A DNA stretch of 64,000 nt from Bacteriovoracaceae bacterium (GTDB taxonomy: Bacteria; Bdellovibrionota; Bacteriovoracia; Bacteriovoracales; Bacteriovoracaceae): contig JBLWTJ010000002.1 of the NCBI GenBank assembly GCA_048270185.1, forward strand, positions 480,001-544,000, in the 5' to 3' direction. Positions 29,038 to 39,430 of this stretch are shown in pieces. A program made the translations under genes and the position numbers. The notes beneath the pieces were generated by a model. The model saw only the letters and a program-made list of their open reading frames with translations. It did not search any database and was not told where the DNA came from. Every line of letters begins with the position of its first letter. Within the stretch, counting starts at the first letter, position 1.

Positions 29038-30918
29038 CTATTTTAGCTTACTCAATATTTGATCTGTAATCTTATTTAGTGGTAATGATACACATGAAGC
29101 TCCCATATCAAATGCTTTCTTTGGCATTCCATAAACCACTGAGGATTCTTCATCTTGAGTTATCGTAAAAAAACTTTTTTCCTTTAGCTTTAATAAACCT
29201 TTTGCACCATCTGCTCCCATACCTGTCAATAGTGCTGCTGTCACTCTAAACCCTGCTTTATCAGCAATGTCTTCAAACATATAATCAACGCTAGGTTTAT
29301 GTCCTGAATACACAGGTGTTTCTTCATCTAGTCTTATATGAAGCTTCCCCGCTTTTAATTTTGTTCCCATATGAATTCCACCAGGAGCAATATACACTGT
29401 ATTATTTCTGAGCTCTTCGCCGTCAATAGCCTCATGAACATCAAATGGGCACAGTTCATTTAAACGATTTGCAAAGGCCGTTGAGAAGACTGGAGGTATA
29501 TGTTGAACGATAATAATTGGAGGAAACTCTTTAGGCATTTTGAGTAATAATTGCTTAATTGCTTCTGTTCCGCCAGTTGATGCACCGATTGCAATAACCT
29601 GTCTCTCAGAAAATGAGAAAGTCTCAGCACCAATCCAAGATGTTAGCTTACTCTTCTTCGTTTTCACGATATTGTCGTAAGCCAAATCAATCTTTTCTAA
29701 AAGTGCCTTTTTGAAATTAAAAATATCATTAAACTCCGGCTTCTTTAGATAGTCGAATGCTCCGTCTTCAAGACAGCGCATAACAATATCACTATCACTC
29801 TTACTCACAGAGCTAATCAGAATTGTTTGTATTGTTTGATCTGTTGGTAAATTCTTTAGAAGATCATGACCACTCATTTTTGGCATATTAATATCGAGGG
29901 TAATAACATCAGGCTTTAATTCTTTGATCTTACTAAGTCCATCGAGACCGTCAACAGCTTCACCGACAATTTCATAACCAGGATTATCTACTAAACATCG
30001 TTTAATAAGTTTTCTAACCGTTGCGGAGTCATCAACAATCAGGATTTTCTTTTTTGTGTTCTCACGCTTTTTAATTTCACGCTTCATTTCATATTTAGAT
30101 TTAAAATAGATTGACTGACCTAAACTTTGAAAACCTTCATGTTGCCTTAGAGTTTCAGATATTCCAATAAAGAGATATCCTTTATTATTAATACATTCTG
30201 AAAACTTACGCATAACCTTATTGATTTGATCTTCATTAAAATAGATAAAGACGTTACGACAAAAAATTAAGTCATAGACATCTTTATATTCATTACTATT
30301 ATCATCAACAAGGTTATTTATTTTAAATCGACAGTGTTTTTTTAATTCATCTGATACTTTTACAAATTCTTGGATGTCACCACTTCCACGCATCCAATTA
30401 CCCTTCAAATACTCTGAAGGAACTTTCTGAAGTTCCTTCCAGTAATATATTCCTTTCTTTGCATGGGCAACTGACTTTTCACATATATCAGTTGCAAGAA
30501 TTTCAAAGCTCATTTTAGGATCAATTTGTTTTAAATGCTTTTTTAAAATCATTGCAAGAGTGTAAACTTCATCTCCCTTACTACAAGCAGCACACCATAT
30601 TTTAATTGAGTTTCTGCCACTATTTTTCACACGATCTACAATTTTAGGCAGAGATTTTATAAGAAATTCAAAATGTCCTTTCTCTCTCATAAAGAAGGTA
30701 TAGTGTGTTGTAATGAGGGAAATTAATTCGGCTTTTTCAGTGTTACCAGGTGTTTTTATTAATCTTAAGTAATCATTGGCATCACTTAGGCTTAAAGCAT
30801 TCATTCTCTTATCAATGCGAGATTTAACCATGGCCTCATTTTGTGTTGTAAAATGGGCCCCAGTTTCTTTGGCCATAAGCCCTGCAATCTCTAAATAGCT
30901 CTTAGCTAAACCACTCAT
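29038..30918 (-). CDS. CheR-REC-CheB fusion (methyltransferase + response-regulator methylesterase)
   Basis: CheR: WCAACSKGDEVY, DLIFCRNVFIYF; REC: LIVDDS, TLDINMP; CheB: GASTGG, VQH, GMGADG. Confidence 0.92.
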   Translation of the reverse strand: MSGLAKSYLEIAGLMAKETGAHFTTQNEAMVKSRIDKRMNALSLSDANDYLRLIKTPGNTEKAELISLITTHYTFFMREKGHFEFLIKSLPKIVDRVKNSGRNSIKIWCAACSKGDEVYTLAMILKKHLKQIDPKMSFEILATDICEKSVAHAKKGIYYWKELQKVPSEYLKGNWMRGSGDIQEFVKVSDELKKHCRFKINNLVDDNSNEYKDVYDLIFCRNVFIYFNEDQINKVMRKFSECINNKGYLFIGISETLRQHEGFQSLGQSIYFKSKYEMKREIKKRENTKKKILIVDDSATVRKLIKRCLVDNPGYEIVGEAVDGLDGLSKIKELKPDVITLDINMPKMSGHDLLKNLPTDQTIQTILISSVSKSDSDIVMRCLEDGAFDYLKKPEFNDIFNFKKALLEKIDLAYDNIVKTKKSKLTSWIGAETFSFSERQVIAIGASTGGTEAIKQLLLKMPKEFPPIIIVQHIPPVFSTAFANRLNELCPFDVHEAIDGEELRNNTVYIAPGGIHMGTKLKAGKLHIRLDEETPVYSGHKPSVDYMFEDIADKAGFRVTAALLTGMGADGAKGLLKLKEKSFFTITQDEESSVVYGMPKKAFDMGASCVSLPLNKITDQILSKLK

Positions 30919-30932
30919 TAATAAACCTTATC

Positions 30933-33029
30933 CTAAACTACTTTATCAAATCGAGTGTCGTTCTCATCAGGATACTCATCTGATGAAACTTCCATTACTG
31001 GGCTATCATTGACAATTTCAAATGGCTCCTCACTGAAGGTAACTTCTTCAATAACAGGCTCTACTTCTTTAACAGCTGTTATCTCTTTTGGTGTTTCAAA
31101 TACAGGAAATGACTCTTCTTCATAAACAGGGGCATCATCTTCAACTCCTGCAATCGAATCAAGTAAACTTTCCTTTGAGACAGTGACAGCGGATCCTGTT
31201 GTACCTTGTACAACAGCTTCAAGCTCTTCAACAATTGAGTTTAAAATCGCAGTTTGCTCTGATAAGCTCTGAGCAAACCCAGAAGTTTCTTGTGCAATTG
31301 TAGAATTTGTATGAGTTACATCATCTAGTTCATTCATTGCATCAGTTATATTATTGATACCTTCTGCCTGTTCTTGAGAAGCATTAGAGATCTCAGTCAT
31401 CATTTCTGATACTGATTCAACATTAACAACTACACTATCAAGGATTTTTCCACAGCTTTCAGAAACTTCAACACCTCGTCCAATACTGCCTTGCGCTTCA
31501 GTAACTAACTTAGAAACACTACTTTGTGTCTCGTCAACAATTGATTGAACCTTCTTAATCGAATCACTCAAAAGAGACTCAATCTCAAGCGCTGCATTAC
31601 CACTCATTTGAGCGAGGTTTCCTACTTCTTCAGCAACAACTGCGAAGCCCTTACCATGCTCACCGGCACGTGCTGCTTCTACCGATGCATTGAATGAAAG
31701 TAGTTTTGTCTGAAAAACAATATCATTAATAACATTCGTTTTTTGTGAGATTTCATTAATGACATCAACAATTTTTACAATTTCTTCATTACTTCGAGTC
31801 ATCTCTTTCATGATTGCATCGTTATTCCCGCTGATCTGTCCAATGGCCTCAACCATATCATTTACCGCGTGCTTACCGTCAAGGGCCACTCGTTGAGACT
31901 CTGCTGCTTTTTCACTGGAAATCTTTGCATTCTCAACGCTCTTATTGACCATTGCTGTGATCTCATTTAGAGTCGCAACAGTCTCTTGTATAGCACTTGC
32001 TTGTTGTGTAACAGATGAGGATACCTTACTAGAGGCCATGCTCATATTTGTACTTGATTTCTCTGTGACCTGTGATGATTCACGTAATTTCTCACTAAGC
32101 GATACGATAACCTTAACTGATTTTGCGAAATTCTGCTGAAAGAACAGAGCAAAAACCGCAATAACAGCAAAGAGAATTGGAATATAGAGCTTAACCTTAT
32201 TTTCGATATCTTTTATATGAGATAGATTATTATTAATCTTAGATTCAACAATAGTAATCGTTGAAGTTATCAGTGAGATCAATTTATTGGAACGCTCATA
32301 AGCATCTGCCATATTCTTGTTTAACTCAACTTGATTATTCCATAATTTATTAAAAGAATTTATATAGTTATCGACTGACTTATTAAGGTCATCAGCAACA
32401 TACTTTTTATAATTTCTTACTTTTAATTCGTTTTCAATTTTACTTGCCTCAACGGCCGCTTTCTTTACATATTTTTGGTCTCGTCGTAAAAGAAAGTCTT
32501 TTTCGTGTCGTCTAAGCATGAGTAAAGAAACCATGAACGTAGGATTTAAATCATATTGTTTAATTTTCGTTTCAATTTCATGAGCAAAAGAACGTAGCTC
32601 ACCTCTTAGCCCATTCTTTGAATCACCTTCTGCTTTAATATAACCTGTCGTTTCAGAGAAGTTTGATTGATAAGATGAATAGGCTTCATACATTTCTGTC
32701 CAAGAAATTTCATCTAAATAGTCTACTTTTATATTTTTTGCTGAATCTAAAAGCTCAGTGTTTTCGACTTCAATTTCTTTAAATCGCTTTAGTGCATCTT
32801 GTGACTGGTCGATGATATATTCTTTCTCTATAGAAATTTGTTCTTTCATATTACCAGAGATTTTTCTGAGATTATCTTTTAACTCTAAGTCATTCTGAAC
32901 TGTCGTTCTTAACTCGTTAACTAAATTATCATAAGAGTAAATCGATATTCCAAGGCCCATACCAAACATGATAAAGATCCCAAGGAAACTAAAGATAGTC
33001 TTCTTATTCATCGACATTGTTGATTTCAT
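30933..33029 (-). CDS. Methyl-accepting chemotaxis protein with large helical sensor and acidic C-terminal tail
   Basis: [14 protein letters not shown] periplasmic motif; [23 protein letters not shown]. Confidence 0.95.
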   Translation of the reverse strand: MKSTMSMNKKTIFSFLGIFIMFGMGLGISIYSYDNLVNELRTTVQNDLELKDNLRKISGNMKEQISIEKEYIIDQSQDALKRFKEIEVENTELLDSAKNIKVDYLDEISWTEMYEAYSSYQSNFSETTGYIKAEGDSKNGLRGELRSFAHEIETKIKQYDLNPTFMVSLLMLRRHEKDFLLRRDQKYVKKAAVEASKIENELKVRNYKKYVADDLNKSVDNYINSFNKLWNNQVELNKNMADAYERSNKLISLITSTITIVESKINNNLSHIKDIENKVKLYIPILFAVIAVFALFFQQNFAKSVKVIVSLSEKLRESSQVTEKSSTNMSMASSKVSSSVTQQASAIQETVATLNEITAMVNKSVENAKISSEKAAESQRVALDGKHAVNDMVEAIGQISGNNDAIMKEMTRSNEEIVKIVDVINEISQKTNVINDIVFQTKLLSFNASVEAARAGEHGKGFAVVAEEVGNLAQMSGNAALEIESLLSDSIKKVQSIVDETQSSVSKLVTEAQGSIGRGVEVSESCGKILDSVVVNVESVSEMMTEISNASQEQAEGINNITDAMNELDDVTHTNSTIAQETSGFAQSLSEQTAILNSIVEELEAVVQGTTGSAVTVSKESLLDSIAGVEDDAPVYEEESFPVFETPKEITAVKEVEPVIEEVTFSEEPFEIVNDSPVMEVSSDEYPDENDTRFDKVV

Positions 33030-33067
33030 TCTATATCCCCATTACGTTCCACACTAAGCACAAATAA

Positions 33068-33535
33068 CTAAGCTGCTTTACTTGTAAATCCTGTTATCTC
33101 ATCAATATTTAGAATCTGTTGTAGTTCAACTAATTGAATCAGAGATTCGTTATGTCGATATACCCTATTGAGACGATCTTGCTTCTTTGTCTCAACAGAT
33201 GCAACTTCTTGAATTTGTTCTTCATCAACTGATAATACTTTGCAAATATTATCAACAACTATCCCAAGACATAATTCACCAAATTCAACAATGATAACTG
33301 CTTCTTCATTAGACTCAGCTGGCTTAACACCTAGTCGTGTTCTTAAGTCGATAATTGAAATTACTTGCCCTCTAAGGTTCATAATACCGACATAGTATTT
33401 TGGACTAAAAGGCACATTTGTTGTCTCTGGAACAGAGATAAGTTCTCTTACTTGAAGGAGTGGAATTGCATAATTCTCTTCACCAAGTTTGAATTCTAAG
33501 TATCTTTTTGTTACGTCTGAAATCTCATTTGTCAT
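33068..33535 (-). CDS. cheW: Chemotaxis coupling protein CheW
   Basis: YLEFKLGEENYAI, GIMNLRGQVISIIDLR, GIVVD; start probably ATG at 33535 (GGGGA RBS). Confidence 0.93.
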   Translation of the reverse strand: MTNEISDVTKRYLEFKLGEENYAIPLLQVRELISVPETTNVPFSPKYYVGIMNLRGQVISIIDLRTRLGVKPAESNEEAVIIVEFGELCLGIVVDNICKVLSVDEEQIQEVASVETKKQDRLNRVYRHNESLIQLVELQQILNIDEITGFTSKAA

Positions 33536-33557
33536 AATTGTCCCCACTATTTTGAAA

Positions 33558-35588
33558 CTATGCTGCGTTTGTTACTGTTCTTTTTGATTTTGTTGTTACT
33601 TTACTTACTTTCTCTACCACTAATTCTTTTAAATCTAAGATTAGTGCTGGCTTTCCATTTCCAAGGATCGAACTTCCCATAAAACCTTGTGTATCTTTAA
33701 TATCATTACCTAAGCTTTTAATTACTACCTGTTGACGACGAAGAACATCATCAACAACAACGACAAAGTCCATTCCCTCAGTTCTTACGACCAGAGCAAT
33801 TTCATTTTTAACTTCTTCTTCAACCTTGTGCTTTAGAAGTTGACTTAGTCTAAATGCAGGAAGAACTTGACCCCTAAGTACAATACATCCACCAACATTA
33901 TTTACTTTCTTATAATTTTCTTCACTTACTGATACCGTTTCATGAATTAGGTTAAGAGGTACAACATAGTTCTCAGTACCTACTCTAGTAACCATTCCTT
34001 CAATAATTGCCATAGTGAGAGGAAGTTTGATTTTAAATACTGAACCTTTACCAACTTCCGATTTAACCTCAACGGCACCAGAAATATCTTGGATATTCTT
34101 TTTAACAACATCCATACCAACCCCACGGCCAGAAATTTCACTTACCGCTTCTTTCGTTGAGAAACCTGGGGCAAATATTAGGTTAATAGCATCTTGATCA
34201 CTTAACTTATCTGCGCTTTTAATAACACCCTTCTCAATAGCTTTTTGCTTAATGATTTCAGGATCAATTCCTTTTCCATCATCAACAACCTCAATCACAA
34301 GGCTATTACCCTCATGAAATGCTTTCAAATAAATCTCACCTGCTTCACTCTTTCCCGAAGCTAAACGCTCTTCTGAACTTTTCTCAAGTCCATGGTCTAC
34401 TGCATTTCTAATAATGTGAACTAAAGGATCTGACAATTGCTCAAGAATGCTCTTATCAACCTCAGTCTCTTCACCAATGATAGTAAGATTAACTTTCTTA
34501 CCAAGTGCCTTTGAAGTATCTCTAACAATACGTTGGAGTTTTGAAAATGTTGTTTTTAATGGAACCATTCTCATCTTCATTGATATGTCTTGAATTTCTT
34601 TTGTAATTTTAGATAAGTGACTAACACTCTTTCTAACGTGCTCATCTGTCACGAGGTCGTTACACTCACTTAATACAGTTTGCAGAATCACTAATTCTCC
34701 AACATAGTTATTAAGTTTTTCAACACGACTAATTCCGATACGAATTGTCTCTTCAGGTTTGGCCGGCTTCTTCGCAACAGGAGCAGCCTTAGTCTCTTTC
34801 ACTTCTTTTGTCGCTGCCGTATTAGAAACTGCCATTTTTTCTGCTGCACTTTGAATTGGTACAACATTATCACTACCGCTCATTAGCTTATCAAGGTCAT
34901 TAGGTTCTTCAGCCTTAACTTCTTCGATTTTTACGTCTTGAGTTTCGACCATATTTCCATAGAGAAGTCGATCTAGATCATCAATATCATCAAGAGAAGG
35001 TCTACTATCAACTTCCTCGGCAGATTCTTCGATATCTCCTTGGGCGAAGATTTCTTCTAATCCTTCATCCTCTTCTTCACAAGATTCAAGTGCAGAAATT
35101 TCATCAACACTTATTTCTTCCTCAGCTTCAAATGTATCTTCTTCAGAGTCTTCAGGTAAGTGTGAGATTTTTAATTCAGGATGATTAACGTCTGCGCTAC
35201 CAACGGCTTTAATCATCTCGATAATTTCATCTGAATCAAAGCTAGCACTAATATCATCTCTTAATCCAGAGATCATATTATTTAAATGATCTGAACATTT
35301 AAGAAATACATCTATCACTTCAGCACAGATCTCAACTTCACCCTTTTTAACTTTAAGAATGAGCTCTTCCATCTCATGTGTAAACTCAGCAACATCACTG
35401 AATTCAACTGCTCGAGAAGTTCCCTTCAAATTATGAGCTAAACGAAAGATCTTATCGATATGCTCTGCTGGGTTTTCAACACCTGATTCAAGTTCAAGAA
35501 AAGATTCCTCACAGTCTTCAAGAAGTTGAATCGCTTCTTCTAGGAAATCCATTTTTAATTCTAATTCAAACTCATCCATAATCTTCAC
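33558..35588 (-). CDS. cheA: Chemotaxis histidine kinase CheA (acidic linker, no obvious P2 domain)
   Basis: FRLAHNLKG Hpt, HIIRNAVDHG, DDGKG, SGRGVGMDVV, C-terminal CheW-like domain. Confidence 0.96.
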   Translation of the reverse strand: MKIMDEFELELKMDFLEEAIQLLEDCEESFLELESGVENPAEHIDKIFRLAHNLKGTSRAVEFSDVAEFTHEMEELILKVKKGEVEICAEVIDVFLKCSDHLNNMISGLRDDISASFDSDEIIEMIKAVGSADVNHPELKISHLPEDSEEDTFEAEEEISVDEISALESCEEEDEGLEEIFAQGDIEESAEEVDSRPSLDDIDDLDRLLYGNMVETQDVKIEEVKAEEPNDLDKLMSGSDNVVPIQSAAEKMAVSNTAATKEVKETKAAPVAKKPAKPEETIRIGISRVEKLNNYVGELVILQTVLSECNDLVTDEHVRKSVSHLSKITKEIQDISMKMRMVPLKTTFSKLQRIVRDTSKALGKKVNLTIIGEETEVDKSILEQLSDPLVHIIRNAVDHGLEKSSEERLASGKSEAGEIYLKAFHEGNSLVIEVVDDGKGIDPEIIKQKAIEKGVIKSADKLSDQDAINLIFAPGFSTKEAVSEISGRGVGMDVVKKNIQDISGAVEVKSEVGKGSVFKIKLPLTMAIIEGMVTRVGTENYVVPLNLIHETVSVSEENYKKVNNVGGCIVLRGQVLPAFRLSQLLKHKVEEEVKNEIALVVRTEGMDFVVVVDDVLRRQQVVIKSLGNDIKDTQGFMGSSILGNGKPALILDLKELVVEKVSKVTTKSKRTVTNAA

Positions 35589-35615
35589 ATCTTCATTAAA
35601 GTTACTAGTGCTATT

Positions 35616-35642
35616 TTTTCGGACTTTCCGCTAATTTAATTA
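35616..35642 (-). promoter_or_regulatory. Putative internal sigma28 promoter upstream of cheA
   Basis: Minus strand TAAT-N15-TCCGAAAA. Confidence 0.4.
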
Positions 35643-35729
35643 GTATTTTTAATCACTTGGTCAAAATTTCTGTAAATAAGCTTAATTTGCTTCAACCTTA
35701 TTTATCGTATTTCAATGCTAAGTTACCGA

Positions 35730-36569
35730 CTATTCGTCAGCTGTCCCCAATAAAATATAAATATAAAATGAGCCCATTTTTGTCGCGAGAGGAATCATAA
35801 GGGACTCAAACTGATCTAAGTCAATTTCTGAGAAGTTCTCTCTCAGAATAACTGACGGAATAGCACGATCAATAACAATACCTCTATTCTGATTTAAGCT
35901 TGCTTTTGCCTGTCCAAGTGTAATATTTGTAAACTCAGCAATTGCATCTTTTACGTCATCGTTTAACTCATTATAATCTTCACCAAATATTTCATTATAG
36001 ATTCCTATAAAAACAATATCAGGAAAACAAATGAGTAGCCTTCCATTGAAAGATTCATTCTGGACATCAATAGAACCAATTACACCAATATCATAACTCT
36101 CAAAATCTTTAGCTTTTGAAACTTTACCTGGTAAAACCTTTAAGTTCGCTTGTACTCCGAATGTATCAATTGCTGCTTGAATAAATGGGTTTACAAAATT
36201 GACGTCTAACTCAATTCTTTTCTTTTTTAAATTGAGCTCTTGAAGCCTTTTAGCTATTGATTCGGTAATATTGAATTTTTCATCAACATAATCACTCTTT
36301 AGTTCTCTCACTAAAGATGATCTAACATTGATTGAATAAATCAAAATAGACTTTTCTTGGGCCGATTTAAATAGTCTAAATATTTCATTATATATTTTAG
36401 GAGAAATATATTCGACGGCCTTAAGATCTAAAATGATCATTTTATCTTTTTCATCTTCAAGAATTGCATCAAAGATCATCGATAAAGACTTCACACAATC
36501 TTGATCAATATCTCCCGAAAATGATAGTACTGAGAAATGGTTTTTGGTGATTCGTTCAACCATGCCCAT
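35730..36569 (-). CDS. cheX: STAS-CheX fusion (CheY-P phosphatase)
   Basis: STAS: SGDID, ILDLKAVEYI; CheX: DVNFVNPFI, DAIAEFTNITLG (ExxN), IPSVI. Confidence 0.82.
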   Translation of the reverse strand: MGMVERITKNHFSVLSFSGDIDQDCVKSLSMIFDAILEDEKDKMIILDLKAVEYISPKIYNEIFRLFKSAQEKSILIYSINVRSSLVRELKSDYVDEKFNITESIAKRLQELNLKKKRIELDVNFVNPFIQAAIDTFGVQANLKVLPGKVSKAKDFESYDIGVIGSIDVQNESFNGRLLICFPDIVFIGIYNEIFGEDYNELNDDVKDAIAEFTNITLGQAKASLNQNRGIVIDRAIPSVILRENFSEIDLDQFESLMIPLATKMGSFYIYILLGTADE

Positions 36570-36584
36570 AACGACCTCCTCAAA

Positions 36585-36998
36585 TTAACCAGCTGGAAAC
36601 CTTTTCTTCATCGCAAGCGATAATCTCTTTTTAAATGAGATCTGATCGAATGGTTTAATTACATAGCCATCAACATCACTTGCAATGGCCTCTTGAATTT
36701 GAGCAACGTCTTGTTCGGCCGTAACCATAACAAAAGGCATTTCTTTGAAGTTCTCACTTCCACGAATTGTTTTTAATAAATCAAGACCTGTAGCATTTGG
36801 CATACTCCAGTCAGAAATAATAAAAGAGATCTCATTTGGGCCTCCTTTATTTTCAACAATCTTCTTTAAGGCATCTTTACCATCAACTGCCTCAACAAAT
36901 TTATCTGCTCCGAGATCACGTAGTAGCTTTTTTACAATTTTTCTCATTGTGCTCATGTCATCTACAATCAAAAAAGAAAACTTTTTTAAATCTTCCAT
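36585..36998 (-). CDS. cheY: Chemotaxis response regulator CheY
   Basis: LIVDDMSTMRKIV, ISDWSMP, MVTAE, YVIKPF. Confidence 0.92.
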   Translation of the reverse strand: MEDLKKFSFLIVDDMSTMRKIVKKLLRDLGADKFVEAVDGKDALKKIVENKGGPNEISFIISDWSMPNATGLDLLKTIRGSENFKEMPFVMVTAEQDVAQIQEAIASDVDGYVIKPFDQISFKKRLSLAMKKRFPAG

Positions 36999-37127
36999 AT
37001 TTTCTCCTAATGAAAACTTTAACTAGCCAATCTTACCCCAAGACAAAACTTCCAGTTAGAATATCGATTTTGCCACACAAACAAATTAAGTTACTTTTCT
37101 CTATATATTTGCTGTATATCTAAGTAT

Positions 37128-37154
37128 TTATCGGTGTTTCCTTTGGTTAACTTA
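37128..37154 (-). promoter_or_regulatory. Putative sigma28 promoter of chemotaxis operon
   Basis: Minus strand TAAG-N15-ACCGATAA, about 130 bp upstream of cheY. Confidence 0.7.
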
Positions 37155-37401
37155 AAGAAAAAAGTGTCAATAAATTAATATTTTATGAGATAAGTCATAA
37201 GAACCTATGTTATTTCAATAGATTTCATCGTTTTCCTAAGTGACTAAAATCATGTTGTAACAATTTTTATTTCAGAGTAGATGCCAACAAAATAAAATAT
37301 AATTAACTCACTAAATTATTTTTCATGTTTAAACGCTGTTCACACTGTATAAGGATTACAGTTAAACACCTGGATTTCATTGAAGATGCTAAATTTAGGA
37401 T

Positions 37402-39402
37402 ATGAAGAATATACTTATCGCAATCCTCCTTTGTGGCCCCCTATTAACGAATGCACAAGAGACTAATAATTTAGTTGATAAACCCCTAATATCACAGGAC
37501 CAAAAACGAGGTGACTCAAATAAGAATAAAGTCATTCATTATCTGCAAGAGCATTTAAGTAGAGAGAATATAAACCGCCAACTTCTTGATGCATTCAATA
37601 GTTTAAAAATTGACTTAGATACAGATATTTTTAAAGTCAAAATTTCTGATGGCCTATCAATCAAAGGAAACTACGCATACGAAGTTGAAAAATCCTATAT
37701 TCAAAATCAATACACGAGACGTGATACATATGACTTAAAAATAGATCACGATCCAAAGAGATCATTCTTTCCAAATTTACAAACACCTGTTTTTTTAAAA
37801 GCTAATCGAGATAATAAAGTCATAATTTCAAGACAATACGATAAAAAGATTGATGCGATGAAGGCCTTGCCATTTAATATTGCAAGACTACCAATTCGTG
37901 CAAAGAATGTTGAGCGTTTAGATAAAGGTGACTTTATTTCTATCCCAGCCTCAATGGCCGTCACAACAGGTTTTTCATATAGCGACATTGCGCCTGTGCT
38001 CAATACGGGAGTGACAGGTTTTTTTACAATGGCGGGTGAATTTCTAATTCAAGTTTATAAACTCGAAGAACAAAAAGTTAGAGTAAAAATCATCGCTGAA
38101 AAAAAGAAAACAACGGGTCTATCTTTTAAAAGTCGATTTGGTGTTGAACTTTTTAGTTTTGAATTGCTCGGATTTGATATTGAACCTGAGTATAAAATCG
38201 AGTGGATTAAATTCGATTCATCTAAAACAAAGGGTAATATTATCCTTGCTGACTATATTTTTCATTTAGAACATAAAGAATCTAGAACACTTTATAATAA
38301 ACTCTTTAATAATGTTTTCAAATTTAAAGAGGCGAAGCTACTTGCAGAGTCACTGAATTCAGATCTTCTCGATCGCTACTATGTTGTAAACCTAGAAGAT
38401 GTAGACCGAATTGCTCGTGCTGATGGATTAAAAACTAATCCTCGTATTGAAAGAGTTTTCAAAGGTAATAATCGTTACACTTCAAAGACAACAGGTCTTA
38501 AACTTGATCTTAAATTATTTGAATTAACAACCAGAAGTCACTTAATTAATAATAAGTTTATTTTTGAAAAACTAAATGGTGAGAATATTACTTTTCATTA
38601 TCCAAGTTACACAAAGAGAACAAAGAACAAATTAACACTTAAAATCTTCAATACTAACGAAGAAAAGATCTTGTCATATTATGGCCTAACATCACCACAT
38701 AATGATCACAAATTCCTAAATACAGGAGTAACTTTTAATCGACGCGATAATGATTTTGGTAAGTTTGAACAACGTCGATTTAAAAATATACTAGGAGGTT
38801 TACTTCCACTAAAGTACAGAGATGAAGTACTAGCAAAGATCCCTGAAATTAAGCGCTATATTAACTTTAATGGGAATATTACAATGATCTTTAAGAAAGA
38901 AGCATTTGAAGAGTTTGATAAGTATTCTCTTGAAGACTTCACAAGTGTTATTAGTGAACACTTAAGAGATAAGAAATTCTTTAGAAAAAGTATACGCAAT
39001 AAAGATGACCATAGAAATCCTTGGTATTTAAGTGATGATGAATACAACAGAAAGGCAAAACGCCTGGCAAAACAACTCTATAAGATCATTAAGAGTGAAC
39101 TTCCTTATAATGAAAAGCTTGAAGTGTTTATGAAGAAACTCAAAAGCTTAAGTAAGGAATATTATATTCTTCAAGTACTAACGATGCTTCTTCCTCAAGA
39201 TCAACTTGAAGACTATTTGTATCTTGATCTCTATATTGCAGATGACTCGGAAACACTAGTAGATATGACAATTGGAACAAATGAATACTCAGAGGTTTAC
39301 AAACAATTAGAGTACTTAAACCGTTATATTCGAGGGCACGGAGAGGATCTAAGAATCGAAGAACAAGTTGGTAAAATAGAAGAAATACAAAAAATTGATT
39401 AA
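37402..39402 (+). CDS. Large secreted hypothetical protein
   Basis: Signal peptide ending TNA; 666-aa ORF; AT-rich; no recognised family motif. Confidence 0.75.
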   Translation: MKNILIAILLCGPLLTNAQETNNLVDKPLISQDQKRGDSNKNKVIHYLQEHLSRENINRQLLDAFNSLKIDLDTDIFKVKISDGLSIKGNYAYEVEKSYIQNQYTRRDTYDLKIDHDPKRSFFPNLQTPVFLKANRDNKVIISRQYDKKIDAMKALPFNIARLPIRAKNVERLDKGDFISIPASMAVTTGFSYSDIAPVLNTGVTGFFTMAGEFLIQVYKLEEQKVRVKIIAEKKKTTGLSFKSRFGVELFSFELLGFDIEPEYKIEWIKFDSSKTKGNIILADYIFHLEHKESRTLYNKLFNNVFKFKEAKLLAESLNSDLLDRYYVVNLEDVDRIARADGLKTNPRIERVFKGNNRYTSKTTGLKLDLKLFELTTRSHLINNKFIFEKLNGENITFHYPSYTKRTKNKLTLKIFNTNEEKILSYYGLTSPHNDHKFLNTGVTFNRRDNDFGKFEQRRFKNILGGLLPLKYRDEVLAKIPEIKRYINFNGNITMIFKKEAFEEFDKYSLEDFTSVISEHLRDKKFFRKSIRNKDDHRNPWYLSDDEYNRKAKRLAKQLYKIIKSELPYNEKLEVFMKKLKSLSKEYYILQVLTMLLPQDQLEDYLYLDLYIADDSETLVDMTIGTNEYSEVYKQLEYLNRYIRGHGEDLRIEEQVGKIEEIQKID

Positions 39403-39430
39403 AAAAAAAGCCGCATAAGCGGCTTTTTTT
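39402..39430. terminator. Bidirectional intrinsic terminator
   Basis: A-tract-GCCGC-ATAA-GCGGC-T-tract between convergent genes. Confidence 0.88.

Noticed and set aside
27800..31760. Near-identical stretches between the two MCP genes as a repeat element
   Set aside because: Explained by the conserved MCP hairpin-tip protein sequence
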